Of a stretch of 64,000 nucleotides of DNA, positions 55,683 through 64,000 are shown one piece after another. The stretch is from positions 96,557,311 to 96,621,310 of the forward strand of contig NC_068989.1 of the NCBI RefSeq assembly GCF_001194135.2, read 5' to 3'. Each line of letters opens with the position of its first letter. The stretch's first letter is position 1. This DNA is from Octopus bimaculoides (lineage: Eukaryota). The notes beneath the pieces are model-generated. The model had not been told where the DNA came from, did no database searches, and was given only the letters and a program-made list of their open reading frames with translations. The translations under genes and the position numbers were made by a program.

Positions 55683-57285
55683 TAAACTGTTTTACATCTT
55701 TTCAGTTTTCTTGTGCATTTTTTTCTTTTTATAGATGAAAAGCGAAAATCCATCAGTGTCGACTACTTTGCAGTAACCTTTTTAGTATATCAAAAAGTAG
55801 GGAGGCTTGAAATTTATGGTTTCTTCTAATATTTGTTAGATCTGTCCGGCTAGCTAAGTTGAATCAATTTTGAACACTGCTTAACGCTATTTCTTCTCTA
55901 ATACTGCTAAGGAAGGTGTATAAACGTTCATACTCACCTATAAATCCGACGCCTTGAGCCTGATTTTGGAACCAGTACTTACCAAGTTCGAACTGTTGTA
56001 CAGTTAGGGCCCTTTACATCCCGAGGTTAATTTTGCTTTTCATCCATCCGTCTCGGTGTTTAAAATCTGAAACGGAAAATAACTTGGTTGATTCCGTTGC
56101 GCATGCAAATATGTTACGAGGAAATGAAATTCCGGGTGAGAAACGCAATAAATTGTACTTATGTTAAAAAGAATGGGATGATCACGGATAAAATTGACAA
56201 GCATTTAGTTTAGAAAAACAGACAGCGTGTCGTTTACATTCAACGTTATGAAATAGCAGTAAAATCTCCGTTTGAAACTGAAATTTTCAACATAATCTTA
56301 ATCATATCAAATAATGCAATCACCAAAATATTTTAGCTTTTAAAAGTTCTGCCCTGGATATCCAGAAATATGCTAGAGATTGAAGTTAATTGTGTTTTTA
56401 TGTAAACTCTTCTGCATTTGTTTAATTAACTTTGTACCTGTTTACTATATTTTCAAATGGTCCACAGAAAAAGCACCCAGTACCCACTGTAAATTGGGTG
56501 GCATTACGAAGGGCATCCAGCTGCAGAAACCATGACATTGGTGCATGATGCCGTCCTTGGACCCACTGGATCCTGTCATACTGCAATCCATACCAACATG
56601 GAATCTGGACATTAAATGATGATGATTACAAAACAAATTCAAATATAGTAGACTAAATAACAATCAATAGGGGAAGAATATGCGGGAAATGTGCTATAAA
56701 GTCTGTCTGATGCATTTCCAAGCCCCGTTAGATTTCATTACTCAACACAGCTCATTATCAATTTTCTGCCAATTAAATTTGAAAGAGATTATAATCAAGC
56801 CATTTCAAATGAATTTGTTGGCACTCATGTGCAGATCTCATTGATTTACTTTCATCGTGTAAGTCCTGATGTATGAAGACATTCACTTCTTGATACCTTT
56901 TAACAAAAGATTTTTGCCTATACTAAACAGAAATATTCATCATCTTTTTAATGTCCACTTTTCTATTGCTTACACAGATCAAACAAGATTTGTCAAAGCA
57001 GAATTTCTGTGGCCAGATACTCAATAGCCAACCCTCACCTGTTTCCAAGCTATATAATATTTCCCTAGTTGTTTGAACATGAACAGTACATTAGATGGAC
57101 ATCATTTCAACGAAGGTTTGGCTGTGTGAAGCTTACTTACTAGCCGCATGGTTCCATTCAGTGCCACTGCGTGGCACCTTGGGCGAGCGTCTTTTGCTAT
57201 AGTCTCAGCCTGACCAAAGCCTTGTGAGTGGATTTGGTAGATGGCAACTGGGAGAAGGGGAAGAAGCCTATTAAGTGCGTGTGTG

Positions 57286-57331
<46 letters not shown>

Positions 57332-57649
57332 ATTGTAAATTTTCTTTAGAAAATCATAGAAAGCATGGAAGTGCTCAAGTCAAACTTGAGACACTAGGCA
57401 AGTTCAAGAGATACAAGGAAGAAGTTCAACTCAGCAGACTACGACTGGTGTATGCATATATGGATTTAATAAAAGGAATTGTTTTAAACATATATGAATG
57501 TTAAAAATATGCAAGGACGGAGTATAGATAAAAATATAGCTGAGGATAATGAAATATAGAAAGACGTTTCGTTTAAAAATTATGGAATGCAGTGAGTAAT
57601 AAAAGTTTAAAGAAGACTTTTTGGTACCATACTTTAATGAAATGAAGTA

Positions 57650-57735
57650 TTCCTACGATCGTTTCAAGGGTCCATTTCAAAAGTACGCGTGAATTTTACG
57701 ATACACTTCAAAGGAATGCCCCCATCATCAGGGAA
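57650..57735 (-). ncRNA. Minimal type-I hammerhead ribozyme in the 5' inverted pLTR
   Basis: Minus strand reads TTCC-CTGATGA-[long helix II]-GAAAC-GATC-GTA-GGAA: intact core, 4-bp helix I, 2-bp helix III with palindromic loop. Confidence 0.8.
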
Positions 57736-59403
57736 AAGAGAAGAATAGTGCTTGCGCCAGAAATGTGTTTGTTTTGGAAGTATTAATTTATGTTTTATAT
57801 AAGGAGTTTTAAAATAATGTTAAACACCCTTTATGGAATTCAATAGATGATGCTATAACATGGTTCCATTGCCTCCCGAGTAAGCATAAGACTCATTTTA
57901 TACAATTTGACATTTTGGGTTATGTTACTTACTATCTCCCTGATATTATTAAATAAGGCACTGATATTTGCCCGGGATTTTGTCATCATCCCTCGATCTG
58001 ATATTAGTATTATCCTAACCGTGAGAAAAACGTTGATAAATTTTAAACATCATAATTGGATTAGAAGCGGCTTGATGAACTACTTTGATATCACTGTGGG
58101 GCCATCAGATTCAGCCAAGGTGACATACCTAGTGGGTCTCTATCTACTGTCTCAAATTAGGAAAAGCTACCCAAACATATCTGGTGAGCTATACAGAGAT
58201 GACGTTCTATTTGCAGTAAATGGTTCATCTAAACTGGAGATTGAATGAATAAGAACATTTCTTTAATCTCAATATTGTATTCAAGACTGACACAAAAATA
58301 GCCAACATTCTAAACGTCACATTAAATCTAAACACAATGTTATACTACCTGTACAGTAAACCAAATCAAACATTGCAATATATTAACATCTCTTCTAATC
58401 ATCCGAAATTAACCATTGATAGTATTATCACCGCCATCTCCATTAGAATATCCAAACTATCAGCAAATGAGGAGATCTTCAGTACACATGCACCAACTTG
58501 TAATCATGCCCTAAAATTAAGTGACTTTCAGGACCATATTTTCTACATCACTGACACCAAACGCAAGACTAAATTAGCTAATTTAACACCTCATAGTAAC
58601 TCTGATATGAGTAAAATAACCCCCTCATTAAATCATAAACCTATAAGAAGACGTGTCATTAACCCTCTTAAATTTTATAATTCTAACACTAGAAATTTTG
58701 ATGCTCCCTCTATGCCCGAACACCTGGATGGGGTAACTCACTCTAAATGTAGGAAAAGACAAATTATATGCCCCGCGCCCCCGTTTTCGCTAAGAGTTAA
58801 AAATCTACCGGAACAGTTTTTAAAAATTCTTAAACTAAATTTCCCCAAGTACCAAAAATCCTACCCTTTATTTAACAAAAATGCTATAAAATTATTTTAC
58901 TCTACCATGCTGAACTTGGGTTCAATTATCGCATCTACAAACAGGAATAAAATTCAACTCCAAATTAATAAAAGCCCAGATCATAGGATACCTAACACAA
59001 CTTCAAATAACATTAATAAAACTAAAAGTATAAATAGGAAGCTTAAAAGTTGCGATTGTAGGGACCCTGAATTATGTCCGCTCGCAGGTCTATGTCTATG
59101 CAAAAATGTAATATATAAATGTACAGTGACAAATGAAAAACAGCAAACTAGGGTATATATAGGAAGTACCAATGACTTCAAAAAACGGTATAGAATACAT
59201 GTAAATTCTTTTAATAGGTTAAAACAGAAACTCTACAGTGCTAACAAGCTATATACATAATTTAAAATTGCAAAACATTAATTATACATTGTCTTGGTTG
59301 ATCATAGATGAGGCCCCACCACACAATACCATTACCAGCAGATGTCAACTGAGTATAAAAGAATCGTACATAATCCCTTGCCTTTTAAATTCTAATGCTT
59401 TAA

Positions 59404-60438
59404 CCCTTTCGTTACTATATTTCTGACCAAAATACACCCCTCATGAGTTTCAATTAAATTCTAAAATAATCATGAATTTAGACTAGTCTCATTAAACACC
59501 TGTAACTTTTTTATTTATCAACATATTAGTGTGATATTTGGAACATAATTAAAGAAAGGGTTCTTAATCAATTCTATTNNNNNNNNNNNNNNNNNNNNNN
59601 NNNNNNNNNNNNNNNNNNNNNNNNNNNNNNNNNNNNNNNNNNNNNNNNNNNNNNNNNNNNNNNNNNNNNNNNNNNNNNNNNNNNNNNNNNNNNNNNNNNN
59701 NNNNNNNNNNNNNNNNNNNNNNNNNNNNNNNNNNNNNNNNNNNNNNNNNNNNNNNNNNNNNNNNNNNNNNNNNNNNNNNNNNNNNNNNNNNNNNNNNNNN
59801 NNNNNNNNNNNNNNNNNNNNNNNNNNNNNNNNNNNNNNNNNNNNNNNNNNNNNNNNNNNNNNNNNNNNNNNNNNNNNNNNNNNNNNNNNNNNNNNNNNNN
59901 NNNNNNNNNNNNNNNNNNNNNNNNNNNNNNNNNNNNNNNNNNNNNNNNNNNNNNNNNNNNNNNNNNNNNNNNNNNNNNNNNNNNNNNNNNNNNNNNNNNN
60001 NNNNNNNNNNNNNNNNNNNNNNNNNNNNNNNNNNNNNNNNNNNNNNNNNNNNNNNNNNNTAATAAAAATATTTAAAAAATCTTTTTCTGGTGTAAAATCA
60101 TCCTCGCTGTCGCTGCTTTCAGTTTCGGATACAGAAATATCCGATTCATTATCGTTCACCACGTGCTTTTGTAGCTCATTCATTCTTTTCTTTGATATCT
60201 CCATATCTTCTGTTGAAAAACCTTCAAATTCGGAATCACTGCTTGATAGCATGAAACTCCTCTCCATCTTCAAAGTTGAAAAAAATTAATGCCGCAAAAA
60301 ATGTGGAAAAAAAATCTTCCAAAATTCACTGAGTTCAAATATCACGCCAAACAATGTCGGAGACAATAACTCAACTGTTTGCAAAGTAAAATCAGGTGTT
60401 TTAACGAATGTACTACAGCCGAGTTAGTAACAAAAGGG
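59404..60438 (-). mobile_element. Non-autonomous piggyBac-like element nested in the PLE ORF
   Basis: TTAA-CCCTTTCGTTACTA ... TAGTAACAAAAGGG-TTAG (13/14 TIR match); acidic N-terminal ORF (SSDSEFEGF..NESDISVSETESSDSEDD) of the kind seen in piggyBac transposases; N gap about 59579-60059. Confidence 0.8.
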
Positions 60439-60695
60439 TTAGATAAGTTCTCTGACGCCATTCATTCGTGTAACCATAGATATTATTCAACTTTCAAGAG
60501 TAAATTTAAATTCGAACTTGCATAGTAACATTTTCTATAGTACAACAATTTATAATTTAAAAACATAAAAAATAAAAAAAACTCCCACCCACCTTCTTAA
60601 CAATTTCTATAAATCATATTTCCCTTATATAAAACATAAATTAATACTTCCAAAACAATTAAATACATTTCTGGCGCAAGCACTATTCTTCTCTT

Positions 60696-60781
60696 TTCCC
60701 TGATGATGGGGGCATTCCTTCAAAGTGTATCATAAGATTCACATGTACTTTTGGAATGAACCCTTGAAATGATCGTAGGAA
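60696..60781 (+). ncRNA. Minimal type-I hammerhead ribozyme in the 3' pLTR (sense to PSMA6)
   Basis: TTCC-CTGATGA-TGGGGGCATTCC...GGAATGAACCCTT-GAAAT-GATC-GTA-GGAA; C15.2 changed to T (U.G wobble still possible). Confidence 0.75.
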
Positions 60782-61547
60782 TACTTCATTTCATTAAAGT
60801 ATGGTACCAAAAAGTCTTTTTTAAACATTTATTACTCCCTGCATTCCATAATTTTTTAATGAAATGTCTTTCTATATTTTTATCTATACTGCATTATATT
60901 TATATATGTATATATTTATTTGTCTTTGCATATTTTTAACATTCATATATATTTTTATATTTCTATATCTCTATATTTTGAATGTATTGATATATGTTTA
61001 AGACAATTCTTTTTATTAAATCTGTATATGTAATACACCAGTCGTAGTCTGCCTGAGTTGAACTTCTTCCCTGTATCTCTTAAACTTATATATATATATT
61101 TACATGTGTGTGTGTGTTCCCCCTCCACTACTGCTTTACAGCCAGTGTTGGTGTGTTTATGTCCCCATAACTTAGCAGTTCAGCAAAAGAGGCTGATAGA
61201 ATAAGTACTAGGCTTAGCAAAAAATTAAGTACTAAGGTCACTTGTTACAACTAAAAATTCTTCAATGCAGTGCCCCAGCATGGTCACAGACTGAAACCAG
61301 TTAAAGATAAAAGAAATTATTCCATTTTTGTATGGCATGTTTGTGTACAATTAGTGTGTGATATCAAGAAAGGAGACATGAACACATGTATATCTCACGA
61401 AGCTTTGGTTGGCCTTTGGTTATAGAAGACACCTACTCAAAATGCTGCATAATGGAGCTAATCCCAAAACTGCATGGTTGCAAATTGTTTTGCTTAACCA
61501 CACAGTCATATCTGTCTATTCTAGATTAAAATAGAATTGTTGTTTTA

Positions 61548-63040
61548 TCAGGTTGGTTCCAAAATAATAATTGTAGATTTTAGTCATCAATTTTAATGCA
61601 ATATGTCTTAGTTCAAACTAAAGTTTATTTCACAAAATATTGATTTCAAATTTTGGCACAAGGTCAACAACTTTTGGGGGAGGGGTTAATTTGGTTACAT
61701 TGACTTCAGTGTTCAGCTGGTACTTATTTTATTGACTCTTGAAGGATGAAAGGCAAAGTTGGCTTTGGCAGAATTTGAAGTCAGAACATAAACATGGATG
61801 AAATACCGCTAAGCATTTTGCCAGGCATGCTAACAATTCTGCTAGCTTGCCACCTTATTTATTTCACAAAATATTAACCATTAAAATCTTCTCATTTTCA
61901 TCAACAAGAAACAAATTTGGGGGTCTTGAACTGATGAAGTCTTTGAAGGCATTTTGAGCTACTGTTTGTTGAGGAATATTTGCCAGAAGATATGAAGATA
62001 CTTGAAAAAGTGCTAATCAGTTGGAGAATGTCTCAGGAATAAGTTGGGTGAGATGGAATTTTATAGCCCAGAATGTTCAATTTCTGCTGTCATTTGCAAG
62101 AACTGGCCTGGCTTTATCATGGAGAAGAATTTTTAGTTGACCACTATCGAACAAAATTATTGCAATCATTAGTGTATTTTGATTTCCTGACAACACTTCT
62201 CTACTGTGTTATTTTCACTAAGATTCAAGAAATAATAGTGGAAGATACCACTTGCTCACCACCAAACAGTGATCATGACTTCCTTTTGATGTAGCTTTGG
62301 TTTGAGAAAGTGTATATTGGTATTTCACCTCTGTCCAGCTGCTATGCAGAACATAGTCATTGTAGAGAATCCATTTTTTGTCACATGTAATGAAATGGAA
62401 AAAAACATGGGGTGTTTTTGTACAAAAGGAGTGCAGAACAGATGTGGTAATGACAATTTTTTTCTTGCCTCATTCAGCTTATGCAGCATCCATTTTTGAC
62501 TCTTCATCATCATTTAACCTCCATTTTCTATGCCGGTATGGGTTGGACAGTTTAACGAGAGCTGCTCAGGCTCCACGTCTGTTTTCCCAATGTAATCCAA
62601 GTATCAAACAACTGTTGAATGATTATCTTTTAAGTAGTTTTGTTTGAGTTTTTTGCTTCAGTAAAGGCCTTTAATTGGTCATTGGTTACAGAAACTCACC
62701 CTTGACCTTCCTCATCTTCTAAGTTCTAAGTTACTGCTACAGAATTTTTGGAACCAATGTGGAGTACTACATTCATCAACAGTTTCCTGGCCAACTGCTT
62801 GACTGATACTGTAGGCAGTTTCTGCTGCGCTCAAATTCTCTTTTTTTCTGTCTTTAATTTTATTGCCTAAAATAAGTAAGGAGAAATAGTGAAAACAAAG
62901 GCATTAGCATAAATCAATAGATCAAAGTCTGCACTTTAGAATAGTATATTACAGGGAAAATAGTTGAGTAAAAATTTATTTCAAAATAATCATCAAAGTT
63001 TAAAATAACAAAAGTCACTGTTATGTTGGCACCAACCTTA
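61548..63040 (-). mobile_element. Decayed mariner (third family) in PSMA6 intron 1, with SINE insertions
   Basis: TIR-like TCAGGTTGGTTCC / GCACCAACCTT; minus-strand remnants of the VTCDEKWILY-type motif around 62340-62400. Confidence 0.65.
61642..61857 (-). mobile_element. Complete SINE family A copy with an 18-bp TSD
   Basis: TTTATTTCACAAAATATT at 61624-41 and 61858-75. Confidence 0.9.
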
Positions 63041-63720
63041 ACCCTGTTGCATTCAGGTTACTCTGCCAAATGTTTTGAATTAATCCTACATTATCTTATA
63101 GCTTTCAGATTTCAATGATGTGATTGTTTATTTTAGAATGACATTGTAGGGTAGATGTAAGAGGTCTGAGCTGGTCAGTTTGAATATGAAACAAGTAGAA
63201 TATTTTGGCCAGATCTGGCCAGTTTGAATGCTGGAGGGTTAAAATGGGACGGACATATATTGGATAATGTGATACAAGATACACTGTGTTTGGCATTCGG
63301 GAAGAAATGCAAGCAATGATCACAATCTGAAGAATTTAAATCATATCTGAGTTATCATTGCTGACCAGGGACTAAACAACAATAGTTGAGATTGTTGATA
63401 GCATTTGTAGTTGTTTTATTCAATTTTAAAAAAATATATATATATTCACAAGGTTGATTTTTTTATTTTTCATCTATTTTTGAGGATAATTTAATGAATA
63501 AATTGATTCAACTAAATTTCTTAAACTAGGGAAATTTCAGCACAGATAAAAACGTGATTCTTGAAAATCAATAGAGCAGTTATTGTTCTAATGTTGTATT
63601 TGTGAGATTTAGGTTATGTATGTAATCTGTTGTAGATTATGTAGCCTTGTCATTTTTGCTCTTTGCAATTGAATATTTTATTCTCAGTGTTGAATTAACA
63701 CTTCTTTCTGTTTTTCAAAG

Positions 63721-63815
63721 AATATGCCTTTAAAGCTATTAATCAAGGAGGACTTACATCTGTTGCTATCAAGGGAAAAGACTCAGCAGTTGTAGTAACT
63801 CAGAAAAAGGTTCCT
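63721..63815 (+). CDS. PSMA6: Proteasome subunit alpha type-6, coding exon 2 ([E][31 protein letters not shown]); gene continues beyond the window
   Basis: Polypyrimidine tract and AG at 63719-20; G+AA from exon 1 gives Glu in frame; donor GTAAGT at 63816; 95 nt. Not in the ORF track because it is short. Confidence 0.96.
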
Positions 63816-64000
63816 GTAAGTATGAAAAAAATGTATAAACAGTATTTTATTTTGAAATTTGTTAAAAATGATGAAATTCATTAAAAATAAATTAGGAGAA
63901 ACTATAGCTTAATTTTCCGAGCTAGAATTTTGACAAAACTTACTGGGAAATTTGATTGAAATGGATTTCTCGGTGGTAAGTAACTGAAGAATGATGTCTA

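Larger units (their letters stand above)
57400..61087 (+). mobile_element. Penelope-like retroelement (RT remnant + GIY-YIG endonuclease) with inverted pseudo-LTRs, in PSMA6 intron 1
   Basis: 57907-58248 gives RT motifs (FDITVGPSDSAKVTYLVGLYLL..LYRDD); 58337-59260 gives thumb/linker, CDC..CPL..C and VIY..VYIGST GIY-YIG motifs; terminal arms 57400-57804 and 60623-61087 are reverse complements. Confidence 0.9.

Overview
AT-rich, repeat-dense eukaryotic genomic DNA with N gaps. The repeat landscape (tRNA-headed SINEs, RTE LINEs with (GAT)n tails, long (TA)n/(CA)n tracts) suggests a coleoid cephalopod such as Octopus; this is inference. The only confidently identified host gene is the 5' end of proteasome subunit alpha type-6 (PSMA6; exon 1 CDS 55566-55641, exon 2 63721-63815, + strand), preceded by an ETS-motif-rich, possibly bidirectional promoter. 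The rest is mostly decayed transposons: mariner, Tigger, piggyBac, hAT and Helitron DNA elements; RTE, R4/Dong and Penelope-like (PLE) retroelements; and many SINEs. The most notable system lies in PSMA6 intron 1: a PLE bounded by about 400-bp inverted pseudo-LTRs, each carrying a minimal type-I hammerhead ribozyme (one sense to the PSMA6 pre-mRNA), with a piggyBac element nested in its ORF. One further PLE clearly shows the same inverted-pLTR architecture and another probably does. A speculative small-exon gene on the + strand (8.8-24.6 kb) is flagged at low confidence. All alignments were done by eye; no database searches were run.
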